This document shows, one piece after another, positions 15,001 to 30,000 of a stretch of 64,000 bases of DNA (position 1 is its first letter; every line of letters begins with the position of its first letter). The notes beneath the pieces are model-generated. The model ran no database searches. It was not told where the DNA came from and saw only the letters and a program-made list of their open reading frames with translations. The translations under genes were made by a program, and so were the position numbers. This DNA comes from Gordius albopunctatus (taxonomy: Eukaryota): NCBI GenBank assembly GCA_964276515.1, contig OZ193910.1:8494001-8558000 (forward strand), written 5' to 3'.

Positions 15001-18000
15001 TGGCTTACTTTAAAATATTTTTTCAAGCTCTTTTACATAAAATAACAAAATATATATTTTTTTAGGTTAAAATAATTCACAATTTTTTACTTTCGGCCAT
15101 ATTCAACCGATGAAAGTTGTTATTTTCAGACGTTATTTCCACGATAAAAAGTCAAAATTTATCAGAATTAGAGAACTATTACTTTTAAATCATCATCGCA
15201 TAGAGCATGTTTCAAAAATTAAGCACTAACGTTGCGATACAACAAACTAATCGCAACAATATAACGTTGTCTTTTCTCAAAATGATTGTTCTCGCAGCTT
15301 AAAACTTCTTTCTAAAGTCAATCGAGGATAAAAGGTTTCTCAAATTGGCTTACTTTAAAATATTTTTTCAAGCTCTTTTACATAAATAAACAAAAAATAT
15401 ATTTTTTCAGGTTAAAATAATTCACAATTTTTTCCTTTCAACCATATTCAACCGATGAAAGTTGTTATTTTCAGACGTGATTTCCATGATAAAAAGTCAA
15501 AATTTATCAGAATTAGAAAACTATTACTTTGAAATCATCATCGCATAGAGCATGTTTAAATAATTAAGCACTAACGTTGCGATGCAACAAACTAATCACA
15601 ACAATATAACGTTGTCTTTTCTCAAAATGATTGTTCTCGCAGCTTAAAACTTCTAATAAGGAGTCGATCGAGAATAATAGGATTCTCAAATGAGCTTACT
15701 TTTATATATTTTATCAAGCTCTTTTACATAAAATAACAAAAAATATATTTTTTCAGGTTAAAATAATTCACAATTTTTTCCTTTCTACCATATTCAACCG
15801 ATGAAAGTTGTTATTTTCAGACGTGATTTCCATGATAAAAAGTCAAAATTTATCAGAATTAGAAAACTATTACTTTGAAATCATCATCGCATAGAGCATG
15901 TTTAAATAATTAAGCACTCACGTTGCGATACAACTAATCGCAACAATATAACGTTGTCTTTTCTCAAAATGATTGTTCTCGCAGCTTAAAACTTCTTATA
16001 AGGAGTCGATCGAGATTAATAGGATTCTCAAATGAGCTTACTTTTATATATTTTTTCAAGCTCTTTTAAATAAAATAACAAAATATATATTTTTTTAGGT
16101 TAAAATAATTCACAATTTTTTCCTTTCGGCCATATTCAACCGATGAAAGTTGTTATTTTCAGACGTGATTTCCACGATAAAAAGTCAAAATTTATCAGAA
16201 TTAGAGAACTATTACTTTTAAATCATCATCGCATAGAGCATGTTTCAAAAATTAAGCACTAACGTTGCGATACAACAAACTAATCGCAACAATATAACGT
16301 TGTCTTTTCTCAAAATGATTGTTCTCGCAGCTTAAAACTTCTTTCTAAAGTCAATCGAGGATAAAAGGTTTCTCAAATTGGCTTACTTTAAAATATTTTT
16401 TCAAGCTCTTTTACATAAAATAACAAAAAATATATTTTTTCAGGATAAAATAATTCACAATTTTTTCCTTTCAACCATATTCAACCGATGAAAGTTGATA
16501 TTTTCAGACGTGATTTCCATGATAAAAAGTCAAAATTTATCAGAATTAGAAAACTATTACTTTGAAATCATCATCGCATAGAGCATGTTTAAATAATTAA
16601 GCACTCACGTTGCGATACAACTAATCGCAACAATATAACGTTGTCTTTTCTCAAAATGATTGTTCTCGCAGCTTAAAACTTCTAATAAGGAGTCGATCGA
16701 GAATAATAGGATTCTAAAATGAGCTTACTTTTATATATTTTTTCAAGCTCTTTTACATAAAATAACAAAATATATTTTTTTTCAGGTTAAAATAATTCAC
16801 AATTTTTTCCTTTCGGCCATATTCAACCGATGAAAGTTGTTTTTTTCAGACGTGATTTCCATGATAAAAAGTCAAAATTTATCAGAATTAGAAAACTATT
16901 ACTTTGAAATCATCATCGCATAGAGCATGTTTAAATAATTAAGCACTCACGTTGCGATACAACTAATCGCAACAATATAACGTTGTCTTTTCTCAAAATG
17001 ATTGTTCTCGCAGCTTAAAACTTCTAATAAGGAGTCGATCGAGAATAATAGGATTCTCAAATGAGCTTACTTTTATATATTTTTTCAAGCTCTTTTACAT
17101 AAAATAACAAAAAATATATTTTTTCAGGTTAAAATAATTCACAATTTTTTCCTTTCAACCATATTCAACCGATGAAAGTTGTTATTTTCAGACGTGATTT
17201 CCATGATAAAAAGTCAAAATTTATCAGAATTAGAAAACTATTACTTTGAAATCATCATCGCATAGAGCATGTTTAAATAATTAAGCACTCACGTTGCGAT
17301 ACAACTAATCGCAACAATATAACGTTGTCTTTTCTCAAAATGATTGTTCTCGCAGCTTAAAACTTCTAATAAGGAGTCGATCGAGAATAATAGGATTCTC
17401 AAATGAGCTTACTTTTATATATTTTTTCAAGCTCTTTTACATAAAATAACAAAATATATATTTTTTCAGGTTAAAATAATTCACAATTTTTTCCTTTCGA
17501 CCATATTCAACCGATGAAAGTTGTTTTTTTCAGACGTGATTTCCATGATAAAAAGTCAAAATTTATCAGAATTAGAAAACTATTACTTTGAAATCATCAT
17601 CGCATAGAGCATGTTTAAATAATTAAGCACTCACGTTGCGATACAACTAATCGCAACAATATAACGTTGTCTTTTCTCAAAATGATTGTTCTCGCAGCTT
17701 AAAACTTCTTTCTAAAGTCAATCGAGGATAAAAGGTTTCTCAAATTGGCTTACTTTAAAATATTTTTTCAAGCTCTTTTACATAAAATAACAAAAAATAT
17801 ATTTTTTCAGGTTAAAATAATTCACAATTTTTTCCTTTCAACCATATTCAACCGATGAAAGTTGTTATTTTCAGACGTGATTTCCATGATAAAAAGTCAA
17901 AATTTATCAGAATTAGAAAACTATTACTTTGAAATCATCATCGCATAGAGCATGTTTAAATAATTAAGCACTCACGTTGCGATACAACTAATCGCAACAA

Positions 18001-21000
18001 TATAACGTTGTCTTTTCTCAAAATGATTGTTCTCGCAGCTTAAAACTTCTTATAAGGAGTCGATCGAGATTAATAGGATTCTCAAATGAGCTTACTTTTA
18101 TATATTTTTTCAAGCTCTTTTACATAAAATAACAAAAAATATATTTTTTCAGGTTAAATTAATTCACAATTTTTTCCTTTCAACCATATTCAACAGATGA
18201 AAGTTGTTATTTTCAGACGTGATTTCCATGATAAAAAGTTAAAATTTATCAGAATTAGAGAACAATTACTTTTAAATCATCATCGCATACAGCATGTTTT
18301 AAAAATTAAGCACTAACGTTGCGATACAACTAATCGCAACAATATAACGTTGTCTTTTCTCAAAATGATTGTTCTCGCAGCTTAAAACTTCTTATAAGGA
18401 ATCGATCGAGATTAATAGGATTCTCAAATGAGCTTACTTTTATATATTTTTTCAAGCTCTTTTACATAAAATAACAAAATATATATTTTTTCAGGTTAAA
18501 TTAATTCACAATTTTTTCCTTTCAACCATATTCAACAGATGAAAGTTGTTATTTTCAGACGTGATTTCCATGATAAAAAGTTAAAATTTATCAGAATTAG
18601 AGAACCATTACTTTTAAATCATCATCGCATACAGCATGTTTTAAAAATTAAGCACTAACGTTGCGATACAACTAATCGCAACAATATAACGTTGTCTTTT
18701 CTCAAAATGATTGTTCTCGCAGCTTAAAACTTCTTATAAGGAGTCGATCGAGATTAATAGGATTCTCAAATGAGCTTACTTTTATATATTTTTTCAAGCT
18801 CTTTTACATAAAATAACAAAAAATATATTTTTTCAGGTTAAAATAATTCACAATTTTTTCCTTTCAACCATATTCAACAGATGAAAGTTGTTATTTTCAG
18901 ACGTGATTTCCATGATAAAAAGTTAAAATTTATCAGAATTAGAGAACCATTACTTTTAAATCATCATCGCATACAGCATGTTTTAAAAATTAAGCACTAA
19001 CGTTGCGATACAACTAATCGCAACAATATAACGTTGTCTTTTCTCAAAATGATTGTTCTCGCAGCTTAAAACTTCTTATAAGGAGTCGATCGAGATTAAT
19101 AGGATTCTCAAATGAGCTTACTTTTATATATTTTTTCAAGCTCTTTTACATAAAATAACAAAATATATTTTTTTTCAGGTTAAAATAATTCACAATTTTT
19201 TCATTTAGGCCATATTCAACCGATGAAAGTTGTTATTTTCAGACGTGATTTCCACGATAAAAAGTCAAAATTTATCAGAATTAGAGAACTATTACTTTTA
19301 AATCATCATCGCATAGAGCATGTTTAAATAATTAAGCACTCACGTTGCGATACAACTAATCGCAACAATATAACGTTGTCTTTTCTCAAAATGATTGTTC
19401 TCGCAGCTTAAAACTTCTAATAAGGAGTCGATCGAGAATAATAGGATTCTCAAATGAGCTTACTTTTATATATTTTATCAAGCTCTTTTACATAAAATAA
19501 CAAAAAATATATTTTTTCAGGTTAAAATAATTCACAATTTTTTCCTTTCAACCATATTCAACAGATGAAAGTTGTTATTTTCAGACGTGATTTCCATGAT
19601 AAAAAGTTAAAATTTATCAGAATTAGAGAACCATTACTTTTAAATCATCATCGCATACAGCATGTTTTAAAAATTAAGCACTAACGTTGCGATACAACTA
19701 ATCGCAACAATATAACGTTGTATTTTCTCAAAATGATTGTTCTCGCAGCTTAAAACTTCTTATAAGGAGTCGATCGAGATTAATAGGATTCTCAAATGAG
19801 CTTACTTTTATATATTTTTTCAAGCTCTTTTACATAAAATAACAAAAAATATATTTTTTCAGGTTAAATTAATTCACAATTTTTTCCTTTCAACCATATT
19901 CAACAGATGAAAGTTGTTATTTTCAGACGTGATTTCCATGATAAAAAGTTAAAATTTATCAGAATTAGAGAACCATTACTTTTAAATCATCATCGCATAC
20001 AGCATGTTTTAAAAATTAAGCACTAACGTTGCGATACAACTAATCGCAACAATATAACGTTGTCTTTTCTCAAAATCATTGTTCTCGCAACTTAAAACTT
20101 CTAATAAGGAGTCGATCGAGAATAATAGGATTCTCAAATGAGCTTACTTTTATATATTTTATCAAGTTCTTTTACATAAAATAACAAAAAATATATTTTT
20201 TCAGGTTAAAATAATTCACAATTTTTTCCTTTCAACCATATTCAACAGATGAAAGTTGTTATTTTCAGACGTGATTTCCATGATAAAAAGTTAAAATTTA
20301 TCAGAATTAGAGAACCATTACTTTTAAATCATCATCGCATACAGCATGTTTTAAAAATTAAGCACTAACGTTGCGATACAACTAATCGCAACAATATAAC
20401 GTTGTCTTTTCTCAAAATGATTGTTCTCGCAGCTTAAAACTTCTTATAAGGAGTCGATCGAGATTAATAGGATTCTCAAATGAGCTTACTTTTATATATT
20501 TTTTCAAGCTCTTTTACATAAAATAACAAAATATATTTTTTTTCAGGTTAAAATAATTCACAATTTTTTCATTTCGGCCATATTCAACCGATGAAAGTTG
20601 TTATTTTCAGACGTGATTTCCACGATAAAAAGTCAAAATTTATCAGAATTAGAGAACTATTACTTTTAAATCATCATCGCATAGAGCATGTTTAAATAAT
20701 TAAGCACTCACGTTGCGATACAACTAATCGCAACAATATAACGTTGTCTTTTCTCAAAATGATTGTTCTCGCAACTTAAAACTTCTAATAAGGAGTCGAT
20801 CGAGAATAATAGGATTCTCAAATGAGCTTACTTTTATATATTTTATCAAGTTCTTTTACATAAAATAACAAAAAATATATTTTTTCAGGTTAAATTAATT
20901 CACAATTTTTTCCTTTCAACCATATTCAACAGATGAAAGTTGTTATTTTCAGACGTGATTTCCATGATAAAAAGTTAAAATTTATCAGAATTAGAGAACC

Positions 21001-24000
21001 ATTACTTTTAAATCATCATCGCATACAGCATGTTTTAAAAATTAAGCACTAACGTTGCGATACAACTAATCGCAACAATATAACGTTGTCTTTTCTCAAA
21101 ATCATTGTTCTCGCAACTTAAAACTTCTAATAAGGAGTCGATCGAGAATAATAGGATTCTCAAATGAGCTTACTTTTATATATTTTATCAAGTTCTTTTA
21201 CATAAAATAACAAAAAATATATTTTTTCAGGTTAAAATAATTCACAATTTTTTCCTTTCAACCATATTCAACAGATGAAAGTTGTTATTTTCAGACGTGA
21301 TTTCCATGATAAAAAGTCAAAATTTATCAGAATTAGAAAACTATTACTTTTAAATCATCATCGCATAGAGCATGTTTCAAAAATTAAGCACTAACGTTGC
21401 GATACAACTAATCGCAACAATATAACGTTGTCTTTTCTCAAAATGATTGTTCTCGCAGCTTAAAACTTCTAATAAGGAGTCGATCGAGAATAATAGGATT
21501 CTCAAATGAGCTTACTTTTATATATTTTTCAAGCTCTTTTACATAAAATAACAAAAAATATATTTTTTCAGGTTAAAATAATTCACAATTTTTTCCTTTC
21601 AACCATATTCAACCGATGAAAGTTGTTATTTTCAGACGTGATTTCCATGATAAAAAGTCAAAATTTATCAGAATTAGAAAACTATTACTTTGAAATCATC
21701 ATCGCATAGAGCATGTTTAAATAATTAAGCACTCACGTTGCGATACAACTAATCGCAACAATATAACGTTGTCTTTTCTCAAAATGATTGTTCTCGCAGC
21801 TTAAAACTTCTAATAAGGAGTCGATCGAGAATAATAGGATTCTCAAATGAGCTTACTTTTATATATTTTTTCAAGCTCTTTTACATAAAATAACAAAAAA
21901 TATATTTTTTCAGGATAAAATAATTCACAATTTTTTCCTTTCAACCATATTCAACTGATGAAAGTTGTTATTTTCAGACGTGATTTCCATGATAAAAAGT
22001 TAAAATTTATCAGAATTAGAGAACCATTACTTTTAAATCATCATCGCATAGAGCATGTTTCAAAAATTAAGCACTAACGTTGCGATACAACGAACTAATC
22101 GCAACAATATAACGTTGTCTTTTCTCAAAATGATTGTTCTCGCAGCTTAAAACTTCTTATAAGGAGTCGATCGAGATTAATAGGATTCTCAAATGAGCTT
22201 ACTTTTATATATTTTTTCAAGCTCTTTTACATAAAATAACAAAAAATATATTTTTTCAGGTTAAATTAATTCACAATTTTTTCCTTTCAACCATATTCAA
22301 CAGATGAAAGTTGTTATTTTCAGACGTGATTTCCATGATAAAAAGTTAAAATTTATCAGAATTAGAGAACCATTACTTTTAAATCATCATCGCATACAGC
22401 ATGTTTTAAAAATTAAGCACTAACGTTGCGATACAACTAATCGCAACAATATAACGTTGTCTTTTCTCAAAATCATTGTTCTCGCAACTTAAAACTTCTA
22501 ATAAGGAGTCGATCGAGAATAATAGGATTCTCAAATGAGCTTACTTTTATATATTTTATCAAGTTCTTTTACATAAAATAACAAAAAATATATTTTTTCA
22601 GGTTAAAATAATTCACAATTTTTTCCTTTCAACCATATTCAACAGATGAAAGTTGTTATTTTCAGACGTGATTTCCATGATAAAAAGTTAAAATTTATCA
22701 GAATTAGAGAACCATTACTTTTAAATCATCATCGCATACAGCATGTTTTAAAAATTAAGCACTAACGTTGCGATACAACTAATCGCAACAATATAACGTT
22801 GTCTTTTCTCAAAATGATTGTTCTCGCAGCTTAAAACTTCTTATAAGGAGTCGATCGAGATTAATAGGATTCTCAAATGAGCTTACTTTTATATATTTTT
22901 TCAAGCTCTTTTACATAAAATAACAAAATATATTTTTTTTCAGGTTAAAATAATTCACAATTTTTTCATTTCGGCCATATTCAACCGATGAAAGTTGTTA
23001 TTTTCAGACGTGATTTCCACGATAAAAAGTCAAAATTTATCAGAATTAGAGAACTATTACTTTTAAATCATCATCGCATAGAGCATGTTTAAATAATTAA
23101 GCACTCACGTTGCGATACAACTAATCGCAACAATATAACGTTGTCTTTTCTCAAAATGATTGTTCTCGCAACTTAAAACTTCTAATAAGGAGTCGATCGA
23201 GAATAATAGGATTCTCAAATGAGCTTACTTTTATATATTTTATCAAGTTCTTTTACATAAAATAACAAAAAATATATTTTTTCAGGTTAAATTAATTCAC
23301 AATTTTTTCCTTTCAACCATATTCAACAGATGAAAGTTGTTATTTTCAGACGTGATTTCCATGATAAAAAGTTAAAATTTATCAGAATTAGAGAACCATT
23401 ACTTTTAAATCATCATCGCATACAGCATGTTTTAAAAATTAAGCACTAACGTTGCGATACAACTAATCGCAACAATATAACGTTGTCTTTTCTCAAAATC
23501 ATTGTTCTCGCAACTTAAAACTTCTAATAAGGAGTCGATCGAGAATAATAGGATTCTCAAATGAGCTTACTTTTATATATTTTATCAAGTTCTTTTACAT
23601 AAAATAACAAAAAATATATTTTTTCAGGTTAAAATAATTCACAATTTTTTCCTTTCAACCATATTCAACAGATGAAAGTTGTTATTTTCAGACGTGATTT
23701 CCATGATAAAAAGTCAAAATTTATCAGAATTAGAAAACTATTACTTTTAAATCATCATCGCATAGAGCATGTTTCAAAAATTAAGCACTAACGTTGCGAT
23801 ACAACTAATCGCAACAATATAACGTTGTCTTTTCTCAAAATGATTGTTCTCGCAGCTTAAAACTTCTAATAAGGAGTCGATCGAGAATAATAGGATTCTC
23901 AAATGAGCTTACTTTTATATATTTTTCAAGCTCTTTTACATAAAATAACAAAAAATATATTTTTTCAGGTTAAAATAATTCACAATTTTTTCCTTTCAAC

Positions 24001-27000
24001 CATATTCAACCGATGAAAGTTGTTATTTTCAGACGTGATTTCCATGATAAAAAGTCAAAATTTATCAGAATTAGAAAACTATTACTTTGAAATCATCATC
24101 GCATAGAGCATGTTTAAATAATTAAGCACTCACGTTGCGATACAACTAATCGCAACAATATAACGTTGTCTTTTCTCAAAATGATTGTTCTCGCAGCTTA
24201 AAACTTCTAATAAGGAGTCGATCGAGAATAATAGGATTCTCAAATGAGCTTACTTTTATATATTTTTTCAAGCTCTTTTACATAAAATAACAAAAAATAT
24301 ATTTTTTTAGGTTAAAATAATTCACAATTTTTTCCTTTCAACCATATTCAACCGATGAAAGTTGTTATTTTCAGAGGTGATTTCCATGATAAAAAGTCAA
24401 AATTTATCATAATTAGAAAACTATTACTTTGAAATCATCATCGCATAGAGCATGTTTAAAAAATTAAGCCCTAATGTTGCGATACAACAAATCAATCGCA
24501 ACAATATAACGTTGTCTTTTCTAAAAATGATTGTTCTCGCAGTTTAAATCTTCTTATAAGGAGTGGATCGAGATTAATAGGATTCTCAAATCAGCTTACT
24601 TTTATATATTTTTTCAAGCTCTTTTACATAAAACAACAAAAAATATATTTTTCAGGTTAAAATAATTCACAATTTTTTCCTTTCAACCATATTCAACAGA
24701 TGAAAGTTGTTATTTTCAGACGTGATTTCCATGATAAAAAGTTAAAATTTATCAGAATTAGAGAAGTATTACTTTTAAATCATCATCGCATAGAGCATGT
24801 TTCAAAAATTAAGCACTAACGTTGCGATACAACAAACTAATCACAACAATATAACGTTGTCTTTTCTCAAAATGATTGTTCTCGCAGCTTAAAACTTCTT
24901 ATAAGGAGTCGATCGAGATTAATAGGATTCTCAAATGAGCTTACTTTTATATATTTTTTCAAGCTCTTTTACATAAAATGACAAAAAATATTTTTTTTCA
25001 GGTTAAAATAATTCACAATTTTTTCCTTTCAACCATATTCAACCGATGAAAGTTGTTATTTTCAGACGTGATTTCCATGATAAAAAGTCAAAATTTATCA
25101 GAATTAGAAAACTATTACTTTTAAATCATCATCGCATAGAGCATGTTTAAATAATTAAGCACTCACGTTGCGATACAACTAATCGCAACAATATAACGTT
25201 GTCTTTTCTCAAAATGATTGTTCTCGCAGCTTAAAACTTCTTATAAGGAGTCGATCGAGAATAATAGGATTCTCAAATCAGCTTACTTTTATATATTTTT
25301 TCAAGCTCTTTTACATAAAATGACAAAAAATTTATTTTTCAGGTTAAAATAATTCAGAATTTTTTCCTTTCAACCATATTCAACCGATGAAAGTTGTTAT
25401 TTTCAGACGTGATTTCCATGATAAAAAGTCAAAATTTATCAGAATTAGAAAACTATTACTTTGAAATCATCATCGCATAGAGCATGTTTAAATAATTAAG
25501 CACTCACGTTGCGATACAACTAATCGCAACAATATAACGTTGTCTTTTCTCAAAATGATTGTTCTCGCAGCTTAAAACTTCTTTCTGAAGTCAATCGAGG
25601 ATAAAAGGTTTCTCAAATTGGCTTACTTTAATATATTTTTTCAAGCTCTTTTACATAAAATGACAAAAAATATATTTTTTCAGGTTAAAATAATTCACAA
25701 TTTTTTCCTTTCAACCATATTCAACCGATGAAAGTTGTTATTTTCAGACGTGATTTCCATGATAAAAAGTCAAAATTTATCAGAATTAGAAAACTATTAC
25801 TTTGAAATCATCATCGCATAGAGCATGTTTAAATAATTAAGCACTCACGTTGCGATACAACTAATCGCAACAATATAACGTTGTCTTTTCTCAAAATGAT
25901 TGTTCTCGCAGCTTAAAACTTCTTTCTGAAGTCAATCGAGGATAAAAGGTTTCTCAAATTGGCTTACTTTAATATATTTTTTCAAGCTCTTTTACATAAA
26001 ATAACAAAAAAAATATTTTTTCAGGTTAAATAATTCACAATTTTTTCCTTTCAACCATATTCAACCGATGAAAGTTGTTATTTTCAGAGGTGATTTCCAT
26101 GATAAAAAGTCAAAATTTATCAGAATTAGAAAACTATTACTTTGAAATCATCATCGCATAGAGCATGTTTAAATAATTAAGCCCTCACGTTGCGATACAA
26201 CAAATCAATCGCAACAATATAACGTTGTCTTTTCTAAAAATGATTGTTCTCGCAGCTTAAAACTTCTTATAAGGAGTCGATCGAGATTAATAGGATTCTC
26301 AAATCAGCTTACTTTTATATATTTTTTCAAGCCCTTTTACATAAAATAACAAAAAATATATGTTTCATGTTAAAATAATTCACAATTTTTTCCTTTCAAC
26401 CATATTCAACCGATGAAAGTTGTTATTTTCAGACGTGATTTCCATGATAAAAAGTTAAAATTTATCAGAATTAGAGAAGTATTACTTTTAAATCATCATC
26501 GCATAGAGCATGTTTCAAAAATTAAGCACTAACGTTGCGATACAACAAACTAATCACAACAATATAACGTTGTCTTTTCTCAAAATGATTGTTCTCGCAG
26601 CTTAAAACTTCTTATAAGGAGTCGATCGAGATTAATAGGATTCTCAAATGAGCTTACTTTTATATATTTTATCAAGCTCTTTTACATAAAATAACAAAAA
26701 ATATTTTTTTTCAGGTTAAAATAATTCACAATTTTTTCCTTTCAACCATATTCAACAGATGAAAGTTGTTATTTTCAGACGTGATTTCCATGATAAAAAG
26801 TTAAAATTTATCAGAATTAGAGAACTATTACTTTTAAATCATCATCGCATACAGCATGTTTTAAAAATTAAGCACTAACGTTGCGATACAACTAATCGCA
26901 ACAATATAACGTTGTCTTTTCTCAAAATGATTGTTCTCGCAACTTAAAACTTCTAATAAGGAGTCGATCGAGAATAATAGGATTCTCAAATGAGCTTACT

Positions 27001-30000
27001 TTTATATATTTTATCAAGCTCTTTTACATAAAATAACAAAAAATATATTTTTTCAGGTTAAAATAATTCACAATTTTTTCCTTTCAACCATATTCAACAG
27101 ATGAAAGTTGTTATTTTCAGACGTGATTTCCATGATAAAAAGTTAAAATTTATCAGAATTAGAGAACCATTACTTTTAAATCATCATCGCATACAGCATG
27201 TTTTAAAAATTAAGCACTAACGTTGCGATACAACTAATCGCAACAATATAACGTTGTCTTTTCTCAAAATGATTGTTCTCGCAGCTTAAAACTTCTTATA
27301 AGGAGTCGATCGAGATTAATAGGATTCTCAAATGAGCTTACTTTTATATATTTTTTCAAGCTCTTTTACATAAAATAACAAAATAAATTTTTTTTCAGGT
27401 TAAAATAATTCACAATTTTTTCATTTCGGCCATATTCAACCGATGAAAGTTGTTATTTTCAGACGTGATTTCCACGATAAAAAGTCAAAATTTATCAGAA
27501 TTAGAGAACTATTACTTTTAAATCATCATCGCATAGAGCATGTTTCAAAAATTAAGCACTAACGTTGCGATACAACTAATCGCAACAATATAACGTTGTC
27601 TTTTCTCAAAATGATTGTTCTCGCAGCTTAAAACTTCTAATAAGGAGTCGATCGAGAATAATAGGATTCTCAAATGTGCTTACTTTTATATATTTTTTCA
27701 AGCTCTTTTACATAAAATAACAAAAAATATATTTTTTCAGGTTAAAATAATTCACAATTTTTTCCTTTCAACCATATTCAACCGATGAAAGTTGTTATTT
27801 TCAGACGTGATTTCCATGATAAAAAGTCAAAATTTATCAGAATTAGAAAACTATTACTTTGAAATCATCATCGCATAGAGCATGTTTAAATAATTAAGCA
27901 CTCACGTTGCGATACAACTAATCGCAACAATATAACGTTGTCTTTTCTCAAAATGATTGTTCTCGCAGCTTAAAACTTCTTTCTGAAGTCAATCGAGGAT
28001 AAAAGGTTTCTCAAATTGTCTTACTTTAATATATTTTTTCAAGCTCTTTTACATAAAATAACAAAAAAAATATTTTTTCAGGTTAAATAATTCACAATTT
28101 TTTCCTTTCAACCATATTCAACCGATGAAAGTTGTTATTTTCAGAGGTGATTTCCATGATAAAAAGTCAAAATTTATCAGAATTAGAAAACTATTACTTT
28201 GAAATCATCATCGCATAGAGCATGTTTAAATAATTAAGCCCTCACGTTGCGATACAACAAATCAATCGCAACAATATAACGTTGTCTTTTCTAAAAATGA
28301 TTGTTCTCGCAGCTTAAAACTTCTTATAAGGAGTCGATCGAGATTAATAGGATTCTCAAATCAGCTTACTTTTATATATTTTTTCAAGCCCTTTTACATA
28401 AAATAACAAAAAATATATGTTTCAGGTTAAAATAATTCACAATTTTTTCCTTTCAACCATATTCAACCGATGAAAGTTGTTATTTTCAGACGTGATTTCC
28501 ATGATAAAAAGTCAAAATTTATCAGAATTAGAAAACTATTACTTTGAAATCATCATCGCATAGAGCATGTTTAAATAATTAAGCACTCACGTTGCGATAC
28601 AACTAATCGCAACAATATAACGTTGTCTTTTCTCAAAATGATTGTTCTCGCAGCTTAAAACTTCTAATAAGGAGTCGATCGAGAATAATAGGATTCTCAA
28701 ATGAGCTTACTTTTATATATTTTTTCAAGCTCTTTTACATAAAATAACAAAAAATATATTTTTTTAGGTTAAAATAATTCACAATTTTTTCCTTTCAACC
28801 ATATTCAACCGATGAAAGTTGTTATTTTCAGAGGTGATTTCCATGATAAAAAGTCAAAATTTATCATAATTAGAAAACTATTACTTTGAAATCATCATCG
28901 CATAGAGCATGTTTAAAAAATTAAGCCCTCATGTTGCGATACAACAAATCAATCGCAACAATATAACGTTGTCTTTTCTAAAAATGATTGTTCTCGCAGT
29001 TTAAAACTTCTTATAAGGAGTGGATCGAGATTAATAGGATTCTCAAATCAGCTTACTTTTATATATTTTTTCAAGCTCTTTTACATAAAATAACAAAAAA
29101 TATATTTTTCAGGTTAAAATAATTCACAATTTTTTCCTTTCAACCATATTCAACCGATGAAAGTTGTTATTTTCAGACGTGATTTCCACGATAAAAAGTC
29201 AAAATTTATCAGAATTAGAGAACTATTACTTTTAAATCATCATCGCATAGAGCATGTTTCAAAAATTAAGCACTAACGTTGCGATACAACTAATCGCAAC
29301 AATATAACGTTGTCTTTTCTCAAAATGATTGTTCTCGCAGCTTAAAACTTCTAATAAGGAGTCGATCGAGAATAATAGGATTCTCAAATGAGCTTACTTT
29401 TATATATTTTTTCAAGCTCTTTTACATAAAATAACAAAAAATATATTTTTTCAGGTTAAAATAATTCACAATTTTTTCCTTTCAACCATATTCAACCGAT
29501 GAAAGTTGTTATTTTCAGACGTGATTTCCATGATAAAAAGTCAAAATTTATCAGAATTAGAAAACTATTACTTTGAAATCATCATCGCATAGAGCATGTT
29601 TAAATAATTAAGCACTCACGTTGCGATACAACTAATCGCAACAATATAACGTTGTCTTTTCTCAAAATGATTGTTCTCGCAGCTTAAAACTTCTAATAAG
29701 GAGTCGATCGAGAATAATAGGATTCTCAAATGAGCTTACTTTTATATATTTTATCAAGCTCTTTTACATAAAATAACAAAAAATATATTTTTTCAGGTTA
29801 AAATAATTCACAATTTTTTCCTTTCAACCATATTCAACCGATGAAAGTTGTTATTTTCAGACGTGATTTCCATGATAAAAAGTCAAAATTTAGCAGAATT
29901 AGAAAACTATTACTTTGAAATCATCATCGCATAGAGCATGTTTAAATAATTAAGCACTCACGTTGCGATACAACTAATCGCAACAATATAACGTTCTCTT

